From positions 42,680-106,679 of IMG/VR virus record IMGVR_UViG_3300043446_003513: DNA of 64,000 nucleotides; one strand, written 5' to 3'. The translations under genes and the position numbers were made by a program. This stretch comes from a virus. Shown piece after piece: positions 13,545 through 22,435 of the stretch (positions within the stretch are counted from its first letter, which is position 1; each line of letters opens with the position of its first letter). The notes beneath the pieces are model-generated. The model searched no databases. It worked only from the letters and a program-made list of their open reading frames with translations, and was not told the origin of the DNA.

Positions 13545-15733
13545 TAGATCCTCCTCGCTGATAATATATTTGCGACAGCATTCATAACTTGAGAAACTAT
13601 AATTACAGGAATAATTACTTCCTGAGCTTTTTCTCTTTGATCATCTGTCATGTCCGACCCAAGGCTAGCTAAAGCTTCTCCTGGATTAGAAAGTAAATCT
13701 GAAGTAAATTGAGCTAATTCTTGTAAGCTCTCACCAACTGCAGCAGCAGCTGCACCTGGGTCTGTAAACGCTTCTGTAAGTCCTGAAATAATTTGTTCTG
13801 CTTGAACCTCTGTTGCTGCATCAGCAAGTGTGTATGGCATAGGGGAATTTGCATTAGCCTCCGCTCTTTGATTAAATTGTTCTACTGCTTGTGCAATTAC
13901 TGGATCAGATTTAATTAATTCTGCCAATAATTTTACATCTTCCTTTGATAAATCAGTTTCTTTAATTACTTCAATTAATTGTTCTGTTTCTTTTTTAGAT
14001 AATCCGCTATCTTCTAATATATTTGCTATAATTATTTCATCTTTAGAAAGGTTTTCAGTTGGAAGATTTTCTTGAACATCTTGGTCCTGGACATCATTTA
14101 TGGTCTCTTGAGGATCTTGTGTCTCTGTATTATCTTCAACAGGGACTTCTGGCTCAGGAGGTAGGACTTCAGTCTGATCTGGCTCTACTGGAACAGGTTC
14201 TGGATTTGGTACATCATCGACTGGGGGATTCTGTTCATCGATTGGAGTTTCATCAATTGGTGTTTCTGGTTCAACAGGAATTGTTGAATCCTGATTTGGA
14301 TCAGGATCTTGTTCTGGTTCGGGAGCTGGCGGAACAACGGGATCGGGATTTGGAATTACTGGTGGCTGGACTGGTACGGGAGGAGGCTCTGGTGTCGGAG
14401 GTTGAACTGGTGGAGTGGGATTGGGTTCTGGTGCAGGAGGAGGCTCTGGAGTCGGAGGTTGCTGAGGTGAAGGCTCGGGAGTTGGAGTTGGTGTTGGAGA
14501 CGGCTCGACAGGAGCGGGAGAAGTTGGAGTGGGCGAAGGCTCCGTGGGAGTTGGAGATGGGCTCGGGGTGGGTTCAGGAGCGTTCTTAAAAGTAATAGAA
14601 AGTATTAATATTTTACCAACTCCTGGAACTGGATCTGTAAAGTTAGCATTTGTAGCAGATATATTTGCTGTAGCTAAATTTGTAAATTGTTCTGTAAGCT
14701 GACTAGAAACATTAATACCTTGAGAGCCATCATTTGGGTGCCCATACCAACCAATGATTTGATCTATTAGTTTACCTTCTGGTGCATTTATAACTATAGA
14801 ATCATTTTCATTTATTGTATGTTGTGGAGTAAATGGTAGTGGTGATGGAATATATAAAGTTACTACATTAGAATCTTGAGAATAAGTTGACAAACTATCA
14901 TTGTCTGCTCTTATTTTAAACTGATACTCTTTACCAGTTCCGTCAGTAGTAATTACGCTATATGGAATTGTTATAGATGTATTTAATGCTGTTTCGCTTC
15001 CAACATTACCAGTTGCTACCCCCCACCCATTAGTTGTAAAATTTGTTGTAGACCAGCTGATTGCGTATCTTTCTACTGCTGTATTTGCTTGAGTTGGAAC
15101 AGGTGCAGTCCAAGATAAAGTTATATTTTCTGATTGTGTGCTTAAAGACAAACCTGTGGGAGGATTTAAAGATGGTGGAAGTGGGGGAGTTGGTTCTGTC
15201 AAATAAAAAACTGTGGACGGAACAATTTGATCCCCAGAACCATCGTTCCAATATAACCAAACATTTGCCCCACCGCCATTTTCATAAAACCATAAAGTGA
15301 ATGGATATGGGGTATTTGCTTGTAAAGTAACTGGCTGACTTATACTTCCGCCGCCACCTTTGTCATACCAGTCATTAATTAAAACTATATTATTAAAAGT
15401 AAAATGTATACCATCATCGCCAGGAGCATAAAAGTTTACTGTCTTTGTTACTGGAGACATAATATAACCAGTAAATTTAACTTCTACATCTTCATATCTA
15501 TTACTAAGTACTGGTCCACCACCCCAGTTAAAATCTATTGTAGATACTGTTGTGGTATTAATTAACACATTTTGATAGCATGGTCTAGGTGGAGCATTGT
15601 TCCATCCTGCACAATTGTATACTTGTGCTGTTATGCCATTCTCATTAGTAGCCGCTGCCGACTCTACAAAACCAAAAAAGGATGACCCAAAGATCACCCC
15701 TAGGACGGCAACTATGCGAAAAAGTTTTTTCAA
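13544..15733 (-). CDS. secreted/surface protein: signal peptide + PA14 + FN3-like + Pro-rich stalk + acidic helical region + C-terminal hydrophobic anchor
   Basis: IDFNWGGG…FTGYI…GDDG…FYENGGGA (PA14); ITLSWTAP…YQFKIRA (FN3); (PT/PS/PE)n stalk. Confidence 0.85.
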   Translation of the reverse strand: MKKLFRIVAVLGVIFGSSFFGFVESAAATNENGITAQVYNCAGWNNAPPRPCYQNVLINTTTVSTIDFNWGGGPVLSNRYEDVEVKFTGYIMSPVTKTVNFYAPGDDGIHFTFNNIVLINDWYDKGGGGSISQPVTLQANTPYPFTLWFYENGGGANVWLYWNDGSGDQIVPSTVFYLTEPTPPLPPSLNPPTGLSLSTQSENITLSWTAPVPTQANTAVERYAISWSTTNFTTNGWGVATGNVGSETALNTSITIPYSVITTDGTGKEYQFKIRADNDSLSTYSQDSNVVTLYIPSPLPFTPQHTINENDSIVINAPEGKLIDQIIGWYGHPNDGSQGINVSSQLTEQFTNLATANISATNANFTDPVPGVGKILILSITFKNAPEPTPSPSPTPTEPSPTPTSPAPVEPSPTPTPTPEPSPQQPPTPEPPPAPEPNPTPPVQPPTPEPPPVPVQPPVIPNPDPVVPPAPEPEQDPDPNQDSTIPVEPETPIDETPIDEQNPPVDDVPNPEPVPVEPDQTEVLPPEPEVPVEDNTETQDPQETINDVQDQDVQENLPTENLSKDEIIIANILEDSGLSKKETEQLIEVIKETDLSKEDVKLLAELIKSDPVIAQAVEQFNQRAEANANSPMPYTLADAATEVQAEQIISGLTEAFTDPGAAAAAVGESLQELAQFTSDLLSNPGEALASLGSDMTDDQREKAQEVIIPVIIVSQVMNAVANILSARRI
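14140..14582 (-). repeat. low-complexity Pro-rich (PTP/PSP/PEP) coding repeat
   Basis: APEPTPSPSPTPTEPSPTPTSPAPVEPSPTPTPTPEPSPQQPPTPEPPPAP…. Confidence 0.9.
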
Positions 15734-15744
15734 CCTCTTTCTCC

Positions 15745-15786
15745 CAATGTTTTATAACTTATTTATAAAACATTGAAATTATAGCA
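15745..15786 (-). promoter_or_regulatory. extended -10 promoter with an overlapping 13-bp perfect inverted repeat (operator-like)
   Basis: TGCTATAAT at 15778-15786; CAATGTTTTATAA-N5-TTATAAAACATTG at 15745-15775. Confidence 0.7.
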
Positions 15787-15815
15787 TGTTTTAAAGCCTA
15801 ATTTATTTTAGTTAA

Positions 15816-15995
15816 CTACTTATTATCTGTCTTGTAGAATCCAGTTCCTTTAAACTGTATTCCAACTGATCCATAAGATCTTGTAGTAGCGTAACCGCAA
15901 GATAGGCATCTGGGAACAACTTCTTCGTCGTGAAAACCCCTAGTTACCTCTAATGATTTATCGCATGTCACACATACATACTCATATACTGGCAT
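15816..15995 (-). CDS. FmdB-family zinc-ribbon protein
   Basis: MPVYEYVCVTC…CLSCG…FKGTGFYKTD. Confidence 0.88.
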   Translation of the reverse strand: MPVYEYVCVTCDKSLEVTRGFHDEEVVPRCLSCGYATTRSYGSVGIQFKGTGFYKTDNK

Positions 15996-16572
15996 TTTTA
16001 TTTTCCTCATTTTTGTTAACTGGAATATCAAAAATTATGGTTGCTCTGGGCTCAAAAATTACAGCTTGATGTATTATACCCGTTGGTATATAAATAACAT
16101 CTCCAGGAGATAAAATATATTTTTCATATTTTAATCCTCTAAAGTCTATGGGCTCTCCAAAATTACATGGAACGTCTTCATAGATTCTATACTCCACGCT
16201 TCCAATACATTGCCAAGAAATCACATCTTGTGGATCTTTGTGTGCACTATAAAGGGCTTCTTTGCCAACAAAATTTATTAAGGCTTTTGCATACCATTCT
16301 TTTTTTTCTTTAAATAAATATTTTTCTGCATTTTTAATTTCTTGAAAAAATGTTTTTTTATTTAAAAATGTTGCAACATTCCAAAACTGTGGATCAAATT
16401 TATTGTACATAAAAATGTCAGTACATTTATCTTCTTTAAAAACAAACTCGTCTTTTGATCCGTGTATAAAATCTTCATGTGGATTATTAAATTTATAATC
16501 CAAAGCACGAATAAAGTCTTCCCAGTGTGGCACTATTGGTAAAACATTTTTTTTGTATTCTACCACATTCAT
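15982..16572 (-). CDS. JmjC/cupin-like 2OG oxygenase
   Basis: AHKDPQDV..WQC.G…LSPGDVIYIP.G..HQA. Confidence 0.8.
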   Translation of the reverse strand: MNVVEYKKNVLPIVPHWEDFIRALDYKFNNPHEDFIHGSKDEFVFKEDKCTDIFMYNKFDPQFWNVATFLNKKTFFQEIKNAEKYLFKEKKEWYAKALINFVGKEALYSAHKDPQDVISWQCIGSVEYRIYEDVPCNFGEPIDFRGLKYEKYILSPGDVIYIPTGIIHQAVIFEPRATIIFDIPVNKNEENKNASI

Positions 16573-16585
16573 TAATATCCTTAAT

Positions 16586-16620
16586 ATAAAAGCATGGCGC
16601 GATGCGCCATGCTTTATTTT
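16586..16620. terminator. intrinsic terminator (possibly bidirectional) after the CHAP gene
   Basis: AAAGCATGGCGC-GAT-GCGCCATGCTTT. Confidence 0.75.
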
Positions 16621-16622
16621 AT

Positions 16623-17246
16623 TTATTTCTTTTTAGGAGCAGATTTTTTAGCTGGAGTTTTAGCTGGTGCTTTCTTAGCAGCAGGTTTTGCTGGTGCAGC
16701 AGCTTTTACTTCCTTCTTTTTTACTGGAGTGCCAAATGCTGGTCTGCCGAATCCAACAATTGCAACTGGCTTGCTTGGCATAACCTTAGATCCGTTTTTC
16801 TTCTTGTATGCTCGACGCTGTAGGCAAACCTCTCCGCCATTTCTTTGATCTCCAGCCTTTGCCTTTGTTGTGTTTCCTTCAATGACCATGACTGTTCCAT
16901 CGCCGTTGTCTTTTACAACAATTCCAACGTGTGAAATTCTATCTACGCCATCATTTGGAAAATCAAAATAAGCAATGTCTCCTGGTTGTGGGGTTGCCTC
17001 TTCTGCCTTTTGCCATGTTCCAGCCTTCATAAATGCTTGTGCCCCCGCTGGAGTATAAACAGTATTTGGCATTTTTACTTGTGCTTCATTTGCACACCAC
17101 ATGACAAAGCTTCCACACCATGGCTGGAAATTTGATCCAGTAAATGCGCCAAACTTTGTCTCGTTGTCTTTTGGACCCTCGACATATCCTTCTTCCGCTA
17201 AAGCAATTTCTACTAGTTTTGCTGCAGAACCTGGTACTGCTGTCAT
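16623..17246 (-). CDS. CHAP-domain peptidoglycan hydrolase (endolysin-like) with PAKK-rich tail
   Basis: PWCGSFV, PQPGDI, SHVGIV, IEGN. Confidence 0.88.
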   Translation of the reverse strand: MTAVPGSAAKLVEIALAEEGYVEGPKDNETKFGAFTGSNFQPWCGSFVMWCANEAQVKMPNTVYTPAGAQAFMKAGTWQKAEEATPQPGDIAYFDFPNDGVDRISHVGIVVKDNGDGTVMVIEGNTTKAKAGDQRNGGEVCLQRRAYKKKNGSKVMPSKPVAIVGFGRPAFGTPVKKKEVKAAAPAKPAAKKAPAKTPAKKSAPKKK

Positions 17247-17707
17247 TATTCTCCTTGATTATTTATAATAGTTTTTAAAGATGAAACCATTTTCCATCTA
17301 AATTTTTCATGCACGGCAATTCTATCTGCAAAAAAGTTTGCCACTCCTTGCTCGCCAGCAATGTTTGCCATATTAAATGCATTCTTTAGGTCTTCAATAA
17401 TTCTTTCATTAGAAACTACCAAAGACTTTAGCATGTCTGTTGGATTATTAGTATTTCCTAGATCGTACTTTACATTAGAAGTCATAACAGCTTTTGCAGC
17501 ATCAAAATCTGCATACTGTCCAAAAATTCTAATCCATTCAGCATATCCATCTATAGAATTCCATGCATCGTTATATATTTCTGAGAAAAAATCATGGAAC
17601 TGATTAAAAAGAATTCCTTCCGTGTTCCAGTGATATCCATGTGCCTTTGTGTAGTAAACAAAAGCATTGGCTTGAAGTAATCTTAATTGTTGAATCAGCG
17701 TTTCCAT
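17246..17707 (-). CDS. dps: Dps / mini-ferritin
   Basis: KAHGYHWN.EG..F…H.FF…D..AE.IR…HEK..W. Confidence 0.92.
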   Translation of the reverse strand: METLIQQLRLLQANAFVYYTKAHGYHWNTEGILFNQFHDFFSEIYNDAWNSIDGYAEWIRIFGQYADFDAAKAVMTSNVKYDLGNTNNPTDMLKSLVVSNERIIEDLKNAFNMANIAGEQGVANFFADRIAVHEKFRWKMVSSLKTIINNQGE

Positions 17708-17755
17708 TGATCCCTCCTTAAATGTTTATAATCATTATACCATTTATATATTTTG

Positions 17756-17827
17756 AGCCCCCAGAGGGATTTGAACCCCCGACCTACGCATTACAAGTGC
17801 GTTGCTCTACCTCTGAGCTATGAAGGC
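17756..17827 (-). tRNA. tRNA-Thr(TGT)
   Basis: GCCTTCA acceptor; ACGCA-CT TGT AA-TGCGT; GGTTCAAATCC. Confidence 0.92.
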
Positions 17828-17831
17828 GTTG

Positions 17832-17904
17832 CGCCTTTGGCAGGAATCGAACCTGCGACCTAATGCTTAGAAGGCATCCGCTCTGTCCCCTGAGCTACAA
17901 AGGC
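17832..17904 (-). tRNA. tRNA-Arg(TCT)
   Basis: GCCTTTG/CAAAGGC; GATGC-CT TCT AA-GCATT; GGTTCGATTCC. Confidence 0.93.
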
Positions 17905-17910
17905 GTGTAT

Positions 17911-18069
17911 TTATTTTTTACTATTTTTAGATTCTGAAGCATATAATGCTTTTAAATGTGCCAATGCTCTAGATTTGCTTGGATGGCAACCAACTAATTC
18001 GTTAGTTCCTTCTTTTACAACAGCAAATCCTTTGCAACCAGCCGCATTTTGTTTTATTTGCCAAGGCAT
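17911..18069 (-). CDS. 52-aa hypothetical protein (MPWQIK…VGCH…ALYASE), not in ORF track
   Basis: Starts immediately after the upstream stop; SD GAGG. Confidence 0.7.
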   Translation of the reverse strand: MPWQIKQNAAGCKGFAVVKEGTNELVGCHPSKSRALAHLKALYASESKNSKK

Positions 18070-18363
18070 CTAGTCTTCCTCTCCTGGAAATTGAAACAAT
18101 CCATACTCTTCAGCCAAAGATATCCCTTCGTCTGTTAATTCAAATGTTGCCTCTAATTCCTCATTATATGAGACAGACAATAATCCTTTTTCGTAAAGAT
18201 CCATGAGCATTTCATCAACATTTTGTTGATGCGCCTTCCATAAAAGAGGAGCCACCTCTTTTGCCTTTTTTGTTATTCTAAACATAAACTCTCCATTTTC
18301 GTCTATGCCAGTTAATTCTACAGCGCCCACTTCAAGGTAGTATTCTAGATCCTCTGATTCCAT
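18070..18363 (-). CDS. acidic hypothetical protein, possible winged-helix fold
   Basis: 97-aa ORF with SD GAGGAG and a -10 element at 18380-18385. Confidence 0.7.
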   Translation of the reverse strand: MESEDLEYYLEVGAVELTGIDENGEFMFRITKKAKEVAPLLWKAHQQNVDEMLMDLYEKGLLSVSYNEELEATFELTDEGISLAEEYGLFQFPGEED

Positions 18364-18393
18364 AACTTCTCCTCAATGTAATTATACAATAAT

Positions 18394-19110
18394 TTAAGAA
18401 AATTCTCTAACTATCTCGTCTAATATCTTTTTATTAAATTCTTGTTTTAAATGATCTAATTTAAAGTTTATAAATCTTGGATCTAAACAATCTATGCACT
18501 CATGGCACTCAAAAGACTCGTCTAGCCGATCTACTCCTAAAATATCTTCTGTGCTTATTGGTTCTTTTAATCCAAATTCTTTCAAATATTTTCTTAAAAA
18601 ATATTTATATTCTTTATGATATGGAAATCTGGATTGAAAATCGTAATTCGGGTTACCAGATCCTAATGGGTTAATAAATTGTGGAATTGGTTCTATAAAT
18701 TGCAATTTGTATCCTTCAAAAAAATTTAAAGTTTTTTCAATATAATTTTTTATTACAACTTCTGTATTTTTTTGATGAGGTAAATGTGCTTTTATGTCAA
18801 TATACCCAAAAAATGGAAAAACTGTAAAATCTTTTGTAATTGTTTTTTTAATACAGGGATATTCCCCTCTGGTATATGAACATGAATAAGCGGAACCTCC
18901 CCTATGACCAGAAAAATAAACATCAACTGGCAAATTTTTTGATTTAGTAACATGAAACATTACGCAATCTGAATGATAATTAAAACTATCATCATGTTGA
19001 AAAATTTCACTATCTGGTTTCCATGTGCATCCGTCTACATGATCTTGTCCTTCTAACCCTATAGAATTTCTTAATCTAAATGTATGACTATCTCCTATAA
19101 TATATAACAT
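18394..19110 (-). CDS. SGNH/GDSL-fold hydrolase-like protein
   Basis: N-terminal YIIGDSH block and C-terminal DH. Confidence 0.6.
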   Translation of the reverse strand: MLYIIGDSHTFRLRNSIGLEGQDHVDGCTWKPDSEIFQHDDSFNYHSDCVMFHVTKSKNLPVDVYFSGHRGGSAYSCSYTRGEYPCIKKTITKDFTVFPFFGYIDIKAHLPHQKNTEVVIKNYIEKTLNFFEGYKLQFIEPIPQFINPLGSGNPNYDFQSRFPYHKEYKYFLRKYLKEFGLKEPISTEDILGVDRLDESFECHECIDCLDPRFINFKLDHLKQEFNKKILDEIVREFS

Positions 19111-19124
19111 TAATAACCTCTTTC

Positions 19125-19706
19125 TTAAAGTTCAATTAGTTTTCCATTGTATGATTTGTCTGCATTTAAAATAATTTTTGAAATATTTTTTCTTATATCG
19201 TCTGTTATTGTAGGTGGAGATATACAAAAAATAGCTTGTTCATTTTTTGCATATAACGAAAAAGATCTCGCAAAAGATTGTATAGCTCCCTTTACTGCAG
19301 ATAAATTAAAATCTTCATAAGGTACATTTGCAACTAAAGAAGAAATTAAAATTAAATGTCCGTCCTCGTCTAAAAAATTAAATAAATTATAAACAAGATA
19401 TATATAATTAAACAAATACGAATCATAGTAAATTTTAATTTTTTTAAAGTCTAAATTTAAATAATCTGAAGGGAAAGCATTTCCAGATAAAATAATTATT
19501 TTTTTATATTTATTGTTTGCCTTGTTTATAAAATTATCTATAGATTCTTTATTTTCTAAATCCAAATATTGCCAATTGTATTTTGAGTTTATTTTAAACC
19601 TATTTCTATAACTTACCAGGGATATTAAATAATTTTTTTCCTCTAAGTCTTTACTTAAAAAATTAAAAATACTACTGGTCCCTCCAACTACTAAAACATT
19701 TTTCAT
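19125..19706 (-). CDS. short-chain dehydrogenase/reductase-like protein (degenerate)
   Basis: VLVVGGTSSI Rossmann start, LDL, LILISS, SAVKGA, ISP. Confidence 0.75.
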   Translation of the reverse strand: MKNVLVVGGTSSIFNFLSKDLEEKNYLISLVSYRNRFKINSKYNWQYLDLENKESIDNFINKANNKYKKIIILSGNAFPSDYLNLDFKKIKIYYDSYLFNYIYLVYNLFNFLDEDGHLILISSLVANVPYEDFNLSAVKGAIQSFARSFSLYAKNEQAIFCISPPTITDDIRKNISKIILNADKSYNGKLIEL

Positions 19707-19726
19707 AAAATCCTTTCAATTAATTG

Positions 19727-19800
19727 TACACCAGGTAGGACTTGAACCTACGATAACCGAATTATGAGTTCGGGGCCTTGACCAACTTGGCTACTGGTGC
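19727..19800 (-). tRNA. tRNA with CAT anticodon, probably Ile2 (lysidine) rather than Met
   Basis: GCACCAG/CTGGTGT-A; CCGAA-CT CAT AA-TTCGG; lacks the initiator 3xG-C pairs; has C4-G69 and C5-G68. Confidence 0.9.
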
Positions 19801-19810
19801 AAGACCTAAA

Positions 19811-20059
19811 TTATAGCGTTCCATCTTGATTTTTGTCAATAGATTCTTCTACAATTTGCTGCACATATTCAGAAAAGTGTTTTCTAATACTACCAGCTGG
19901 TCTTGCTCCAATTAGTTTCCATAATCTTGTATATTCCATTATATTTGCAAAAGTTGTTGGACATACTTGTATTCCGTTATATTCTTTTAATATTGTAGGC
20001 AATGGAACATGTTTTCCACAACACTTACATTCTTTTGCTTTTTCTTGATAAATGCTCAT
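19811..20059 (-). CDS. hypothetical protein with Cys cluster
   Basis: CKCCGKH…CPT; ATGA overlap with terL. Confidence 0.7.
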   Translation of the reverse strand: MSIYQEKAKECKCCGKHVPLPTILKEYNGIQVCPTTFANIMEYTRLWKLIGARPAGSIRKHFSEYVQQIVEESIDKNQDGTL

Positions 20060-21858
20060 AATATCATCATGTTTTCTATTGAATCTTTTAAATGCTCTGG
20101 CATTCTTGGTGGCCTAATCATATTTTGCACATGCTCCTGCTCTCCATCTGGTTCTATTAAATCATTATCTTCAATTAAAGATTCATATGTATGAATTTTA
20201 ATTTCATTATTTCCATCAAATCTAGATCTGCTTATTGCATTATAAATAGATCCACACACCGCATCCGCCAAGTCCTTGGAACCTTTTCTTGGGTGGTCTA
20301 CTCTATCACGCATAATTTTTAACTGAAGTAATTCATCTATTAACAAGGGGATGTGCGGACCAATTAATCTTTCTTCTAAAACTACCATAGCCATATCGTC
20401 ATAATGTTTTTTAGCAACAGATAAAATTTCTGTGTTAATGCCATATTGTTTTAATTGCTGCATCATGTCATGAGAATTCCATCTGTCAAAAGTACAAACC
20501 CTTATTTTAAATCCTTTTGTCCTTAAAGATAAAATATAGTCTTTGACTTCTGTAAAATCAACAGACTTATCAGCTGTAGGCGTCCAATATCTTACAGCAT
20601 CAATTTCAACAATTGGTGCTGGCTGAGAATATGTATCTGTTACTTTTACATTTACCCACTTTTGAACATGAGAAAGAGAAACCGCACAATGGTCATGTTT
20701 TTGTGCTAAGTCAACATGCATAAAATATTCTTTGTCTGGATCTGGAACAAACCAGTTTTCAAATCTTCCAAATTGATCTATTGCTAATGACGTATTTCTA
20801 AATGCTACCTCAATTTTTTCTCTTGATTTAAAAAATGCATCAATTGCTTCTGGTGGCATACACGCAAATCTGCCAAGGGCGTCTGAAGAATTTTTATAAA
20901 AAGAAACTTTAAAATCATCTATGCTTCTGGTTGGATTAACTTCCCAGGTAGGTCTTTTAAGAGCGTACACCTTTGGAACTGCATATGAAAGAATATGATC
21001 TTCTTCCCATTGAATTTCAAATTCGTTACCCTCTACCCCATCTGGTAAATCAATATCCATTTTAAATTTATGCGTTCTTATCACCGTTTCTTTTTCTGCA
21101 ATTACTGAATCATAAAATTTTTGAATGGGATCATTTTTAAATCTTGGGAATGAAAGAAGAATAACCTTTCCAAAGTCGGGAAAACGAGAATCCACGGAGG
21201 CACGATACATATCATATATCGCATCTGCTGTTTTTGCTTGATCGTGTCCAGTTGTATTTTCTGTAGCAAATCCAGAAATTTCATCTAGAATAACAACAAT
21301 TACGTTATATCCTTCCCATGCTTCACGCTCAGAGTGGCCAGAATGAACCGTTATTGCTTTATCAAATTTTATTTCTGAGGCTTTATCTGTATACTTACCA
21401 ATAAACCATTCGGACTTTTCGATTCTTGTTTTAAATCCTTTAAAAAAAACATTATTTGCTTGCTGTGCGTTAATTGCAATATTTAAAATGTCTATTGCGT
21501 CTCCAGGGGGCTTTCCATAATATGATGCTGGATCTTTTAGACATAGGAGAAGATAAACTATATATGCAACTGCTATTGTAGAGCAATAATCTTTTCCAGA
21601 ACCTTTACCTAACTGAGCAATTACCTCGCTTGTTGTTTGCTTAAATATTCTTTTTCCTTCTTCTTCACCAAACAATTTGATTAGCGTAGATTCTTTATAG
21701 ATTTGAGAAGACTTTTCAATTAAAGTGTATTGGTATTCAGAAAGCGGTGGCAAAGATAGGTATCTTGGGTCGGTGACAAAGGTCCTTAGATCCACTGGTT
21801 TTTCATCAAACTCTTCGCCGTCCAATAAATCAATAAGGTCATCAAAATTAAGATCCAT
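20056..21858 (-). CDS. terL: terminase large subunit
   Basis: Walker A GKGSGKD, Walker B VVILDE, RNase-H-like HVDLA…FDRW…KDLADA. Confidence 0.9.
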   Translation of the reverse strand: MDLNFDDLIDLLDGEEFDEKPVDLRTFVTDPRYLSLPPLSEYQYTLIEKSSQIYKESTLIKLFGEEEGKRIFKQTTSEVIAQLGKGSGKDYCSTIAVAYIVYLLLCLKDPASYYGKPPGDAIDILNIAINAQQANNVFFKGFKTRIEKSEWFIGKYTDKASEIKFDKAITVHSGHSEREAWEGYNVIVVILDEISGFATENTTGHDQAKTADAIYDMYRASVDSRFPDFGKVILLSFPRFKNDPIQKFYDSVIAEKETVIRTHKFKMDIDLPDGVEGNEFEIQWEEDHILSYAVPKVYALKRPTWEVNPTRSIDDFKVSFYKNSSDALGRFACMPPEAIDAFFKSREKIEVAFRNTSLAIDQFGRFENWFVPDPDKEYFMHVDLAQKHDHCAVSLSHVQKWVNVKVTDTYSQPAPIVEIDAVRYWTPTADKSVDFTEVKDYILSLRTKGFKIRVCTFDRWNSHDMMQQLKQYGINTEILSVAKKHYDDMAMVVLEERLIGPHIPLLIDELLQLKIMRDRVDHPRKGSKDLADAVCGSIYNAISRSRFDGNNEIKIHTYESLIEDNDLIEPDGEQEHVQNMIRPPRMPEHLKDSIENMMIL

Positions 21859-22435
21859 TAACTGGCACCTTAATTATTTTTCTTATATTGTTGCTATATG
21901 AGTATCTAACATCTGACAAAACTGGTTTTACTCCATGATAACAATGTTCTTCGGAGCTGTGTATAACTAAATCACCAGCATTTGGGTGATATTCTACATT
22001 TTGATTTGGATAATATATTTCTCCGCCATCAAAATTATTAAAATAAACAATAAGCCCATATACTGGAATTGATTCCTCTATAAAAGGCTCTCCGTCTTTA
22101 TATTTTTTTGAATTTTCAACAATTTTATTAAATGAATATATATCTGAATGTAGAGGCCATGAAGCACCATTTAACATTCTTATAAAAGAAAAAGCATCTC
22201 CAACAAAAAGTTTACCTGTTGTTAAATTATTTAATCTATTTCTTAATATCCTTAAAGAAGTGGTCGGTTGTGTATGCCAGTAGACATCTCTTTCTTCTGA
22301 TCCTACCATGGTCCAATCTTTTTCATCAAAAAACAAAATTTCTTTATTATAAGAATTTAAGTCTGTTTTGGATAAAAAATTTTTATAAACATATATGTCT
22401 TTTCCAAGTTGTACCATGTTTGAAACATCAAGCAT
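21848..22435 (-). CDS. 2OG-Fe(II) oxygenase, P4H-like
   Basis: HSD…VYFNNFDGGEIYYP…HGV…RY. Confidence 0.88.
   Translation of the reverse strand: MLDVSNMVQLGKDIYVYKNFLSKTDLNSYNKEILFFDEKDWTMVGSEERDVYWHTQPTTSLRILRNRLNNLTTGKLFVGDAFSFIRMLNGASWPLHSDIYSFNKIVENSKKYKDGEPFIEESIPVYGLIVYFNNFDGGEIYYPNQNVEYHPNAGDLVIHSSEEHCYHGVKPVLSDVRYSYSNNIRKIIKVPVNGS

Noticed and set aside
14059-14589. 176-aa + strand ORF
   Set aside because: Antisense shadow of the Pro-rich repeat; no SD or promoter, and opposite to the local gene direction
19727-19800. Initiator tRNA-fMet
   Set aside because: Lacks the three consecutive G-C pairs in the anticodon stem and the C1:A72 mismatch
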